Positions 11,146 to 23,281 of a stretch of DNA of 49,249 nucleotides are shown in pieces; the stretch's first letter is position 1; every line of letters starts with the position of its first letter. The stretch is taken from assembly GCA_051942205.1 (NCBI GenBank), contig JAVECO010000171.1:1-49249 (forward strand), given 5' to 3'. The DNA is from Coniocarpon cinnabarinum. Lineage: Eukaryota. The notes under the pieces are model-generated. The model did no database searches. It was not told where the DNA came from and saw only the letters and a list, made by a program, of their open reading frames with translations. The position numbers and the translations under genes were made by a program.

Positions 11146-12084
11146 ATGTCTACCAACATTGGCATGGGTTCATGCTGCCTCAGTGGCCACATCCATGATG
11201 GGAAGCCAGTTGGTCGCGAAGAGCAACATGGGGGAATCGACGTCTACGTCAGTGAGCCACCCAACGGCTCAAAAGCCAAGACGGTGATAATCCTCTGTGA
11301 CAGTACGCGTGACCTTGCACATTCATTACAAACTTGCAATCTGGGCTAACTAAGCTGCACAGTCTTTGGTTGGAAGCTGACAAACACTCGTTTGTTGGCT
11401 GATCAGTATGCCAAGGCAGGCTTGTGAGTAGTGAACACAGGGAGGTTGTGTGTAAAGGAGCTCGTTGGGACTAATTGGGACGCAAGCTATGTCTACTTGC
11501 CCGACCTTCATGAGGGTGACAGCATAGACTTTGATTTTCTGCAGAGCGCTGAACCTCCGCTCAAGGTCCGAGAACAACAGTCAGTCGTGGACAAGACAGC
11601 TGCTGGAGCAAAAGTGGCAGCTACGCTTCCGCCATGGCTGCTAAAGCACCCTGAGAGCAAGTCATTGCCCATTATTGACGGTTTCATTAATACCGTCAAG
11701 TACATTCCCGGAACCAACAAGATTGGGACACTTGGCTTTTGCTGGGGCGGTCGATATGCCATCTTGAACGCACATGGCAAAGTCGATGCCGCAGTTGCTT
11801 TTCACCCAAGTTTGGTGTCTGTCCCCAATGATCTTCAAGACGTCTCCAGACCACTCTCGATTGGCCATGGAGACAAGGACTCCTTGACCTCGAATTCGGA
11901 CGCGGAGAAGATGAAGGAAGTGTTGGATTCTAAGAAGAATGTGCCGTCCCAGTTCGAGATATATCAGGACCAGGTCCATGGATTCGCGCTTCGAGGAGAT
12001 TTCTCATCCGAGAAGGACAAGCAGGCTATGGACACTGCTGAGAAACAGGGCCAAGATTGGTTCCACAAGTACCTGGCTGAATAG
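11146..12084 (+). CDS. Dienelactone hydrolase family protein (exons 11146-11302, 11363-11423, 11487-12084)
   Basis: CCLSGHIHDGKPVG, DIFGW across the splice, nucleophile GFCWGG, HPS, GDKD, HGFALRGD. Confidence 0.9.
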
Positions 12085-12126
12085 TATCATCAAGACCGAG
12101 CTGTCAGACTCAAGCCAATGTGCATC

Positions 12127-12804
12127 CTAGTATTCTTTCCCAAAGATATGCTGAATGGGCTTAGCTGCTTCCACAAACGTCTCAAGCTGCTTGTCAAGAT
12201 TTCCAAGATCATCTTTTCTCTTCAAGTTCTCTTTCACCAGATCGGCCTTTTGCTTGACGAGCTCCAACCTCCGTGCTTCAAGCTCTTCCCGCTCTCGCTT
12301 CTCCTCCAGTATGCGAGCTTTCATGAGACCTTGTTCGCCGTTGTCCTCCTCTTCCACCAGTCGCCGTTCGTTCCATTCAGGATATCTAGCCAGGAAATCT
12401 TCTTCCGTAACGAGGGGGAGCTGCGCGTAGGCATGAGGATACTCCTCGCAACCCGTGATCTCGCCTTCCAGATGATGTTGCTCGTAGTAAAGATTCTGCA
12501 AGCTCAAGTGCAGACGATCAACCTCGGCGCGATATCGGCCTGTGATGGCTTTGGTGTCTCGGACTAGGAATGCAAGATGACGGTTGTGATGTCGCAGAAT
12601 CGCGACTTGCTCGTTGATCGCCCGACGACCTTTAAGAATGTCGGGTGTCGAAACTGCCTTTGATCCTTCGGCCTCGGATGTCGCATGCTGCTCGTTTACA
12701 AGAGTGAGTAGTGCGAACGTCTGTTCTCTCAGCGAATCAACGACGCCCTGAATTGATCTTAAGAATGACTCATGGTCCTCGACTTGATCCTGTTGCACAG
12801 TCAT
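12127..12804 (-). CDS. THOC5: THO complex subunit 5 / Fms-interacting protein homolog
   Basis: EVDRLHLSLQNLYYEQHHLEGEI..CEEY...LPLV..EDFL...LMKARI..E motif set; AKPIQ near the C-terminus. Confidence 0.85.
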   Translation of the reverse strand: MTVQQDQVEDHESFLRSIQGVVDSLREQTFALLTLVNEQHATSEAEGSKAVSTPDILKGRRAINEQVAILRHHNRHLAFLVRDTKAITGRYRAEVDRLHLSLQNLYYEQHHLEGEITGCEEYPHAYAQLPLVTEEDFLARYPEWNERRLVEEEDNGEQGLMKARILEEKREREELEARRLELVKQKADLVKENLKRKDDLGNLDKQLETFVEAAKPIQHIFGKEY

Positions 12805-13248
12805 GGCCGGATCGCCTCTGATGTTCTCGCAATCAGCTGCGAAACTAAGAAACGAGGAGAGCGTCTCATTCCTTTGAGTAGGTCTCCTTGTCTGATCGGA
12901 AGGCCGGAGTAAACTCCGAATGATCCTTCTAGTGGCGCATTCGTGGCACTAGTGTATCTGAGGAAGCACGTGTAGATCTACACTTTGCACCAAGTTGGAA
13001 TGAGCATCGACATCTTCATCATCGTTAGAGGATTGATGCTCTGGCATAAGTTCACAAACATCCTCATGCGGCATCCTGCTGCTATGTATGAGGTTTTAGG
13101 GAATCCTGTGCGAGCGTTACTTCACAGCTCAAGCCGTTGAAAAACTCTGAATTTCATACGCGACTAATGAATTCCGTCATTTTCATCACACTCTCGCCTA
13201 GATTCCTTGACATAGCAGGCTACAGCGGACGTTGTTGTATAGGCTCTT

Positions 13249-14861
13249 ATGGCTGCAGATGTCCCCTTATTTGATAAGGACAAACATGTCAAGTACTGGC
13301 TACGATGTTTACGTTTGCCTCTTCCAACGGCATACACTTCAAACGATGCTCATCGAATGACAATGGCGTTCTTTGTCGTTTCAGCGCTTGACATACTCGG
13401 TGTTTTGTTTACTCGTACGACGCCCGAGGAACGTTTTGAATACATTGACTGGATCTATGGCTGCCAGCATCCTCTTGGCGGCTTTCGTGGCTCTCCAGAA
13501 GTCGATGATGCTGAAGTAATCAAAAGCGGAAGCGTTCGATGGGATTTCGCAAACCTTGCTGCAACATTTTTTGCTATCAATGCCTTGTGTATACTCGGAG
13601 ATGATCTAAGGCAGCTACGCCGTGAAAAGTGTTTGGCCTATGTTGCAAGCCTCCAACGTAGCGACGGTGGCTTCGCCGAACTCAAAGATGAACAAGAACA
13701 ACTAATCGGTGGTGGAGATCCTAGATTTGCATATATGGCTGCTAGTATTCGGTGGATTCTGACAGGCCACACCACAGAGGCCTGGAATGGAACGCCAGAT
13801 ATTGATATTAGAGCACTACAAGGATGGCTGCGGCGTGTCAAGGTACGCCTTTTTCAAAATCTTGACGCTGCTGTGCTGTGCTGATGTCTGCAGACTCGGG
13901 ATAACGGTTTTGCTTCTGATGGCTTGCACGAGACTCAGGGTGAGGACGAACAATACATTCCACCGCGCGCAAGTTATCGCTAATGTTCCCCAGCTGGTCT
14001 TACTTTTTGTGCTCTCGCTGCTCGCCATTTCCTAGATCGATCAGAAACCTCTACTGGTCGTCCTCATCCGTCTCACCCAACCAACTCAATTTCCAAGAAT
14101 CGCGCGATGCTATTGGCAGACGGTACTACAGAAGCTGACTTGCATGTGCTGATCGAGTGGCTTGTCAATCTGTACACTTCCGAGCTCAACGATGACGATT
14201 ATGAGATGCCCAGTAATGTCGATACAGCTTCGTCTAAGGACAAGGTTAACGCGCACGACAAAGATGAGAAGCCCTTTCGAAAATTAAAGAGTGTCAGTAT
14301 GAAGGCAAAAACTCAAGGCAGGAAGGGTTTGGAAGCAGATGCATTTCTTGCTGAGCGAACACGTAACATTTGCTGGGCTGGCTTTGCTGGTCGCTGCAAT
14401 AAGGTGTCGGATACTTGCTACGTTTTTTGGGCTGGTGCATCGTTGAAGGTAGGCAACTCAGCTCATGCCACATTCACCGACGCATACTGACGGTCATGTA
14501 GCTTCTGCAAAACCTCGATCTTATTGAGCACGAATACATCCGAAGCTATCTGATCGAGAAAACTCAACACATGATGCTCGGTGGGTTCGGTAAATGGCCA
14601 GAAGATCTACCTGACATGTATCACTCTTACTTAGGTCTCGCCGCTCTTGCTCTTATTGATGGTCACAAACAAGATGGCTATCAGACTGGTCCTGAAATAG
14701 AGATCGTGTCCAAGGACTTCGACTCCCATATACCCCAGCCGGAAGCTGCCACGCAATCCAGCGACTCTGCCAGATCCTTACGTGCCTTGGATCCGACCTT
14801 AGTGATTAGTACAAGAGCTAGAAATTGGATTGAGTCTCTTCCATGGCACCAAGAAACCTGA
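13249..14861 (+). CDS. CDC43: Geranylgeranyltransferase type-I beta subunit (exons 13249-13842, 13894-13939, 13994-14448, 14502-14861)
   Basis: KHVKYWLRCL..LPTAYTSND..RMT..FF, GGFRGS, DPRFAY, GFAGRCNKVSDTCY.FW, GGFGK..PD.YHSYLGLAAL (zinc ligands D, C, H). Confidence 0.9.
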
Positions 14862-15163
14862 AGTTCTGATCAAAGCTCTGAGTACTTCATGCGGGTAAAG
14901 CTTACAGGATCTTCATCCTCCAATCCCAGCCCCAGTCTTGGGGTCATCGGCTTACAGCTTCCGGACACATACAACATCTGAAGAGGAAGGCGACATCGGT
15001 GGCGGATCAACCGAGTGTACGGTGCATGGTTCTTCTCCACGCTAACGCAGGAACCTGGTTCACATGCTTTGCGGGGTACATGATTGCAGGCGAGTCAAGC
15101 CAAAAATTATTAAATCGCATTTGTCCTCGAAATACAACATGACCGACCTGCTCCGAAAGCATC

Positions 15164-17108
15164 ATGGCATTGACAAGCTTGTGGGCACTTTTGACATTTG
15201 CTGCCGGCAACAGCATCGCCAGTGTAGTACCAAGACAGGCGAGCAACAGTACTGTCGTCGTCGGCTCTGGGACTCAAAGCGCTCCTCTTCTTCCCTCGTT
15301 CTTCTCTTACTCTATCGAGTTCTACTTCTTCCCAGATTTTGCTGGTTCGTGTGCTATTCTCACGTTGGGATCTGCTCTGATCAACGTCAGGCAACACTTC
15401 TCAGCCAAACACCTTTTCATACAACCTGTTGCAGAGCTTGGGTAACTACACAAACACACTACCTATTATTCGAAATGGAGGCAATACGCAGTCAGTGACC
15501 CATACGACGCAAGGATGAAGCAAAGCAAATAAGAACTAAAACGATGCTCGTCGCAGAGACTTCACGATCTTTGAACCTGACCAAACCGAAGCCCGCATTG
15601 GCATCTTCAATACTTCTGTCTCCCAGGATTACCCATTGGACATTACCATTGGCCCATCGTACTTCGAGTCCTACAACACTTGGCCGGATGTTCAGTTTGT
15701 GCACGGATTCGACCTCGGCCGCAATGGTTCCGCAGCTCGAACAGCTCTGCTGGAGTCCGTTGAGCCAGCATGCAAAGCTCTAGAAGGTGGGAAGCTCTTT
15801 TCTTGGGAACTCGGCAATGAGCCAGATCTGTTCAAGACGAGCAGCCAGGGCCCGAAGAGGCCGGCGGATTGGGAGTGAGTTTCTTCCATCTCTGGTTTTT
15901 ATGAGGTAAGATATCGTTGGAGCTGACAGGAGTGCAGTGAGCAAGACTACGTCGACGAATGGCTGAACGGCACACGCGCCATTAAGACGGCGCTGCAGAC
16001 TGCTTGTCCTGATCTAGCGACAGACGAGAACTTCATGTGGATGGCTCCGTCTTTCGCAGGCACAAGCAACAGCCTCAACATCATCCGCACGTTCCAGGAT
16101 GGCATCGACGCAGACAACGACATCAAAGTCATTTCCTCTCACAAGTATGCCTCTCTCTTCCGTCCACACCTTCGTTCATTTCACCTACCCCAGCTTCTTA
16201 CTCATGCTCGAGATCACCCCAGGCTAACCACCCCAGCTACATCTCCGGCGCCACAACACCAGGCGTAACCCTCCAAAAAACGCTCATGAACCACACCTCC
16301 ACCGTCGCATCAATCCGCCCGCACGTCAACGAGTCCATGCTCCTCTCAAACTACACGTCCCAGTCTCCGTACCTCCTCGGCGAAACCAACAGCCTCTACA
16401 ACGAAGGCGCCCCGGGCCTCTCCAACTCCTTCGGCGCCGCGCTCTGGAACTTCGATTTCAATCTGCACTGCGCAGCTGCCGGTATCAACCGCGTCCATAT
16501 GCATCAGGGGACGGACTATCGCTACGCGGCGTGGCAGCCTGTCGACACGAATAAAACGACAAAGGGGACGAAGCCGCCGTTTTATGGACAGATTGGCGCC
16601 GCGGCGGCGGTGGGGGATTTGAGTGCTAGCAATGCGACGGTCGAGGAACTTACGGTAGGATACCTACTCCGTACCTTGATGGCTGGTTCAATATCTTACT
16701 GACCACTGCTAGGTGGGCAATGGCACGTATGACAGCGCCTACGCTATCTACAGCAATGCCACTTTCGCTCGTCTTGCAGCCGTCAATCTACGCGAATACA
16801 ACTATTCCCTCTCTTCAGGCGGTGCGCCGGATCCCAACGCAGGTCCACGACCTTCTCAAACCTACACGTTTAGCCTACCTACCGATGCTATATCGGATGG
16901 ACAGAACTTGACGGTACAACGGTTGATGGCGAATGGAAGCGATGCCATTACAGGCGTGACCTTTGATGGGATTAGCTTTAATTACGAGTTAGATGACGGA
17001 CGGCCTGTTGCTTTGGGGAATGCGACGACGGGTGAGATGGTGATGGTTACGGGGGGAGCTGTGAGTGTGGAGGTTGCGGATAGTAGTGCGGTTGTTTTGG
17101 TGATGTGA
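15164..17108 (+). CDS. Secreted glycoside hydrolase family 79 (beta-glucuronidase-like), 6 exons
   Basis: Signal peptide; SYSIE..FPDFAGN, IRNGGNTQD, catalytic WELGNEPD and LGETNS, GVTLQKTLMNH, HMHQGTDYRYAAWQP. Five GT-AG introns join the ORF fragments. Confidence 0.9.
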
Positions 17109-17852
17109 CTGGCTACAATTAATGCGAATTAAAAGAGGGGGTGAGTACGTCACAGGGCGCTTGGTTATTGTGGCTTGAGGAACCGAAGTTAATCAATAAA
17201 TGGACGTCCAGATCCTCATTCATGGATATCTCATGGTGATCATAAAACGCGTCTGCTCACAAGCAGCCTCGTCTTTCCATTCCATTTGCACCTTCCCCAC
17301 AGTGCCAGTAAAGTGAGACTCTACCCGTTTCCTTGAGGACATCAGAAATGCGAGCCCAGCGTCAATGAGTGGCTGCTAAGATTCCTGCACGTATACAAAG
17401 AACGTCCACTTTGTGCATCTCTGCTTTAAATTTAAACTGGACCAAAGCAGCCAAGATTCTGGATCAAGAGACGCATCACAAAACGTGCTGGAATGCTCGT
17501 GATCATGACATGGCTGCTTGACAATGGGTCTCGCTCTCTCGAATCTTTGTGCAGGGTCTTGTTTCGGAGTGTTGGGCCTCCAGTTACGTCTGTGGATGGA
17601 ACAGTGTTTGGACCGTCGAGCTAGTCGTCCGCCTACCGCTGACGTTGCTTCGCGGGCTCATGAGCTTCTCTCGAGAGTATTCGAGTTGGTGATCGGTGAT
17701 GATGGCGCATTACCAGCTCTGAGTGCTAACCCAGCAAGGAAACCGAATTGGATATCACGCTTCATATTGGTGTCTCTGCTTGCAGCCATTCACCTGGTTT
17801 CATGAAGCGTGATCTCTGTTCAAGAGCTTCGCATGCAATCTCGAGGAGGTCC

Positions 17853-18536
17853 TCAATCCGGCGGCATCAAAAACGCCGCATCTCCAAAGTCTTCAACCTC
17901 CATTGCCCCAGCGCCAGTACTCAACGCAACATCCCTCCTCCTTATCAAAGGCTTGATCTTCCTTCTAACGATGCTGGAGCGCATCATCACGCTGAACGCG
18001 CTATTATCTTCGCAATCGCCATCCATGCCTTCATCCTCCTCTTCATCCATCCACGTTCTCTTCTTATCCGGATTTCGTATAGCGGATGGAGTGCATGGCT
18101 CAGATGTTGCAGAGAGGGAAGAGATGTTGCTTTCTTGACTTGAGATGAAACTCATTTGTGCGTTTTCCTGGTCGATAGAGAAAGGCGCATATGATTGAGT
18201 GCCATAGCCACCAATCTTGTGCATCCCACATAAAGGTTCCAATCTTCGACTGTTTCCACCAAATGAAGCACTCGCGCTTGAGACTGCTGATACTGCGGAC
18301 GTCTTGTACGCTGCATCAAGCGATTTTGTTTGATAGCCACTCGGCACTGCTTTCCGCACGCGCATGCCCACGCTTAGAAGAGAACTTTGGATTTGCGAAG
18401 GCGGGGTGTGTGTGGGTGGGGAAGGTGGAGAGGCGGGGAAAGAAGCAGGATGAGAAGATAGAGCTGTGCGGCGGTTGAGATAGGTGTCGAGGGTCGGCTG
18501 AAAAGGGCGTTTTGGGCGGTGTGTAGTCGTGTTCAT
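17853..18536 (-). CDS. Ribonucleotide reductase inhibitor, Spd1/Dif1 family
   Basis: Hallmark QSSLLSVGMRVRKAVPSGYQT; LEPLCGMHKIGG; low-complexity body; C-terminal EDFGDAAFL. Confidence 0.85.
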   Translation of the reverse strand: MNTTTHRPKRPFQPTLDTYLNRRTALSSHPASFPASPPSPPTHTPPSQIQSSLLSVGMRVRKAVPSGYQTKSLDAAYKTSAVSAVSSASASFGGNSRRLEPLCGMHKIGGYGTQSYAPFSIDQENAQMSFISSQESNISSLSATSEPCTPSAIRNPDKKRTWMDEEEDEGMDGDCEDNSAFSVMMRSSIVRRKIKPLIRRRDVALSTGAGAMEVEDFGDAAFLMPPD

Positions 18537-18759
18537 CTTCGAGAATGGAATGTGGAGCTGCGGTGTATATACTTGGCTGCTATTGAAGTTCGCAGTCTCA
18601 GTATTGGCGTGAGAATTGAGTCAAAACGAGATGTTTACGGGAGTGCATATGGGCCCCGGAAGAGAAAGAGTTGGGAAATGAGGGTAAGCGTCGGCATTTG
18701 AAAGGTTTGAGGTTCGGGACGAGAGAAAGCAGATTGAAACGAGGGGGATTGAAGATGAG

Positions 18760-18798
18760 ACGCGTCTGAGACGCGTAAAGTGGCCTGGCGTCACGCGT
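18760..18798. promoter_or_regulatory. Three MCB-type elements (ACGCGT) upstream of the RNR inhibitor gene
   Basis: ACGCGT at 18760-18765, 18771-18776 and 18793-18798, 224-262 bp upstream of ATG 18536. Confidence 0.65.
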
Positions 18799-18969
18799 CA
18801 AGATGAATGACTCGCTCATCCTACAGCCTAACACAAATTGGAAGAGATCTGAGTGAAGGTCTCAAGGTCCAAGGAACTCTGTGAGATATACGGGGCATCA
18901 CTCTGGCATTGATGGACTCTTTGGGGTTGCTGCCGACCAGATCCTCGGCGTCTCAGCCGTTCACCCCCC

Positions 18970-20587
18970 TCAATTCAACTGGATATACACAGCCTTCTCC
19001 TCGAGGTAGTTCTCCATGCTGTATCCGATGCCCTCTCTGCCCTGTCCAGACTGCTTGTACCCTCCAAACGGCATGTCAGGAGCGTACGTGGGGCTTGAAC
19101 AGTTAATGCCGATCTGGCCGCTCTCCATTGACTTGGCAATCCGCAGCGCTCGCGAGATGTCCTTGGTGAAGACACTAGAATAGAGGCCGTATTCGGTATC
19201 GTTCGCCTTCGCCAATGCTTCTTCTTCGGTCTTGAACGTGTTGATAGCGACCACAGGACCAAATATCTCCTCCTTGAGTAGCCGCGCATTCTCCGGCACG
19301 CCTGTGAAAATGGTCGGTTCGGTGAAGAAGCCTTTCCCATCATGCTGCTGCATGTTACCACCCATAGCCACTTTTGTGCCGTCGGTAGCATCGCGACCCA
19401 GCTGAAGGAAGCCTTTCACGCGCTCATATTGCGGCTCGTCGGCTTGCGGGCCTTGTGTGGTGTTCGGGTCCAGCGGGTCGCCAATCTTCATCGACTCCTT
19501 AAACACCTTCTTGTAGGCTTCGATGAACTTGTCGGCGCATGTCTCTTGCACGTAGACGCGGCTGGAGGCGAAGCAGGCCTGCCCCGCTTGTTGTCCAATG
19601 GACATCTGCGCGCGCTGAGCCGCCTTGTCCATATCTGCGTCATCGAACACGAGCAACGGCGATTTGCCGCCCAATTCGAGCACCACGCGCTTGAGATTCG
19701 ACTTGGAAGCCGCTTCTTGAATCTTCTTGCCTGTGGGTAGGGAGCCGACAAAGGTAATGACACGCACGTCCGGATGTGCGCTGAGCGCTGCGCCAGAGGG
19801 ATTGCCGTAGCCAGAGAGAACGTTGACGACGCCCTTAGGGAATCCAGCCTGTCGGATGAGCTCTGCAACCTTCAAGCTAGTAAGCGGTGCCTTTTCACTG
19901 GACTTGATAACAATAGTGCAGCCTGCAGCCAAGGCCGCAGCAACCTTCTCGGAAAAGAACAGCAGGGGCAAATTCCAGGGAATGATGGCAGCTGCCACAC
20001 CAAACGGTTGACGCCATGTCATGGTGACCATGTTTGTAGTATTGAGCGAAGTCTTGCCCTTGGCGTCGTAGCCAGCCTCGGCGTAATGTGCAAAATTGTG
20101 AACTGCCGCGTGCCCATCGAAAAAAGAGCTGACGGGCTTGCCCATGGAAAGCGCTTCTAAGGATGCGAGCTCTTCGTTGTGTTTGGCGATGAGCTCTGAT
20201 AGCCTCTTCATAGGTGCTCCACGCTCGGGCGGTGTGAGGTCGGACCAAGCGGGGAAGGCAGCTTTGGCTGCGGCGACGGCTGCGGCGACGGCTGCGTCGA
20301 CATCCTCGACACTGGCCTCTTGGACTGAAGTGCAATTACATGTTAGAAAAAGGTTTGCATTCCAAATGGCTTTTAGGGTCGGCAAAATGACTCAAGATCC
20401 AGTCACGTACCATCCGCAGTCTTTTGATGGCTGTACGGTGACTTGACCTCAAAGGTTTTTCCTGACTTTGCGTTGACGAACTTGCAAGTTTGTCAGCAGC
20501 CGCGCGACTGTGTAGAATTGGAGGACGACCTACCTCGCCGTTGATGAAGAGACGAGTCTCAATGTAGTCTGGCTTGCCGTACCCCAT
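18970..20587 (-). CDS. NAD(P)-dependent aldehyde dehydrogenase (exons 20587-20534, 20480-20411, 20324-18970)
   Basis: ETRLFINGE, IIPWN, KSSEKAP, LELGGKSP, catalytic GQAC, EEIFGPV, PFGGYKQSGQGRE. Confidence 0.93.
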
Positions 20588-21494
20588 CTTGAAGAGCTCC
20601 TAATCGGGATGCTTGATGGGTTGTTAGTGGCTTTATAATTCAGGAAAGCACAGAGGTTGTTTGAAATTGATTGAGGAGCTTCTGATCGTGATGCAAAGGT
20701 GCCTAGGGCAAGAGGATGTGCTTATGAATGTTGTGGGAAAAGAAAAAGGTGACAGTGCAGCCGAGCTTCTGACAATGGAGCCCAGGGCCAGACATGAAGG
20801 TGCACGCCAATGACGACAAAAGCTGACGCCGACTTGGATGGATGCGTCGAAAATGGTCCATCTCGCAACACGGTTCTGCGGATCTGCCGGTGTTTAAGAC
20901 GGCATTTACCAACGGGAAGGATTTTGGAGACTGGAAGAGACCACGCGAGCCCCACCTGGTCGATAGCCATAATCCTAAGTCCAGAGGTGGGGCGCAATTT
21001 TCCGTCCAGTGAGCACCGCAAGCGCTATACACTATACACTGCCGCTGGAGTTAAGCTGGTGGCAAGGTTGATAGCACGCATGAGGTTAGTGACCCATGCA
21101 GCATCGCATATGCTAGATTGGGAGCACCCACGACGAAACATTAGCTATGTGTCAAGGTATTTCGCATTTCGCCTTCTGTTATGCCCGCATGTGGGGGTCG
21201 TCTTGCTTCTTGGCTTCCAAGCACGTGACCGATTAGTCACCGCAAGGGCCACGCAGGAGGGACAGTACTTGCCGCACTATTAACTATAACTCAGTGTCTT
21301 GTCACTTACAAAGGCCTATCGCCGTTATACTCATGGGTTTGTGACCTGTGTTGTTCTCGTCGTATGGGCTCGTGGCCTTGGCCGGGATCCGGCAACGACT
21401 TCTGTCTGTGAGCCTCAAAGCCGTAGCTATGCGGCCCTGCGGTACGAATGTGATCGAAAACGAGAGTGCTAGATGGTCAGCACCATCCCTTTTT

Positions 21495-22672
21495 TTATGC
21501 ATTCTTCTCCTCGTCCTTCACCTTGCCGCGCTTCTCCCTCCCTTCTGGTGACCACGGGAAAGGGAAAGTGGGTACGTCGAAGAAGCTAGATCAATTAGCG
21601 GTCGAATACATCGCATTCATGACTAAACAATGCTCATACCTGTTCTTGCCTTTTTCCAGACACCCAGCAAGCATGACCCTAACAACGTAAGCCTGTGTAG
21701 TTCAAGCAGCCAAGCCAGATCTCACTTACCACCAGGCTAGAAACGCTGCGATGATGCCAAATACCCCGCCAGCCACTTGAAGGTGATAGTGCGGCTCTGG
21801 TGCATCCCCGCCCGTGTTGTCTATGTATGATGTGGCCAGGCATAGGAACGCCAGCCAAACCGAGAGGAGTAGCGCGCTGAACACCGCCGTCGAGCGTAAT
21901 GTCGCCAGCCAAACCAACACCGTAAAGATGAACCAACCGTAGATGTAAAAGCCGAGACAAGTGAAGAACTCGGGTGTCTCGCCACCGTATGCTTCAGCTA
22001 CTTCGAAGCTTCCTGGGATGAAAATGATCCCAAGGCCGATCCACCAACCTCCGTAGGAACTGAGTGCCCACGCTGCGAAAGTATTGCCAGCAGCCATTTC
22101 CCTGTGGATTTTGTCAATGAAACATTGCGCACCCAGGCAGGGCACCCCAGCTCACCACATGCCGCCGAGTAATTGAATAAGTCCTCCATATGCAATGGCT
22201 ACTCCAACGAAGACGTTTGGTGTGCTGACGTTCCGGACGTGCAGATTCACCATGCTCAGCACAAACGTCGTCAGTGCGAAGCCGCTCAGTCCCAATGGCG
22301 CACCATTCGCCTTGTTGGGGTCAACTTCCTTGAACCTGTATCAAATGTCAGGACGCATCGTCCTTCGCAGTGGGTTGCTATTCAGAAGCAAAACACGCAC
22401 ATGCCCGGCTGAAAGAAGGCTGCACTGGGGCCATGCATCTGGCTGAGATGGGAGTATTCCCGTGCCAGCGGGTTCCCTCCATAATCCCATCGTTGCTGTT
22501 GTTGCGCCTGTGCTGATGCTCCGCTGGAGCTTTCACCATTGGAGCTGTCAATGTACGGTTGAGGCGCCGCTGCCGTGGGAGCTCCTGGCGCTGTAGATTG
22601 AGGACCAGGGTCAACTGCACTCTTCTCGCCATGGCCAGTGCCAATTGCCTGCGCTTCAACAGCGGTCGCCAT
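21495..22672 (-). CDS. GPR1/FUN34/YaaH (AceTr) family acetate/ammonium transporter, 5 exons
   Basis: Spliced protein contains GGNPL, FQPG, ANGAPLGLSGFALTTFVLS, YGGLIQLLGGMWEM, GNTF...SSYGGWW, GWFIFT, TLRST, AGGVFGIIAAFLAW, SFFDVP.FPFPWS. Confidence 0.9.
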
Positions 22673-23281
22673 GTTGCAGCACAACCGTCAGAATCGATTC
22701 GGAGACCAGCTGCTCAGTCAATTGCATGAAGCTACGCAGTCCTGTGTAGCTCGCACAAAACACCAGCAGAACAAAGTTCACATTGAATGTTCAGAATGGA
22801 AAGGAAACAAGCAATGTGCCACGAGACAGGAGAGGGATGAGCTCTGCCCACAGACGCACTGCAACGACGGAAGGTGGCATCACAACGGCAGTCCTTGAAA
22901 CGAGCCGCATAGCCGTCCACGCTCTGCGTATCGCAGCTGTCTCAAGGCCAGTGAACGCAGCATGGACGCGTTCGACCCCGCAAGATAGTCGAAGGATTCA
23001 GCGGGTAGAATCGAGACCGAGTCAAAGTATTGGAATGGAAACTTCCTGAACAGGCAAATTACGGGGATATCAATCTCATTGACGCACACCATCCGCAGCC
23101 ATTGCCGAGCGGCGCACAATCCACCCGGTGCTTAGCTCGTGGGATCTTTCCCAGATTCCAAATGCTGGGAATTTGGCAGGATCTGAAATAGGCAGCAAGC
23201 AGCAGACTAGCAACAGGGCCAGCATGCTAAAGGACTCTCGAAAATCATTACATTCCATTGCTATGCAGATGCATCCCATTA

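Noticed and set aside
18880..18972. Stop-codon readthrough giving ALDH a cryptic PTS1
   Set aside because: TGA is followed by GGG rather than CTA, and the extension ends MPE, not an SKL-like tripeptide.
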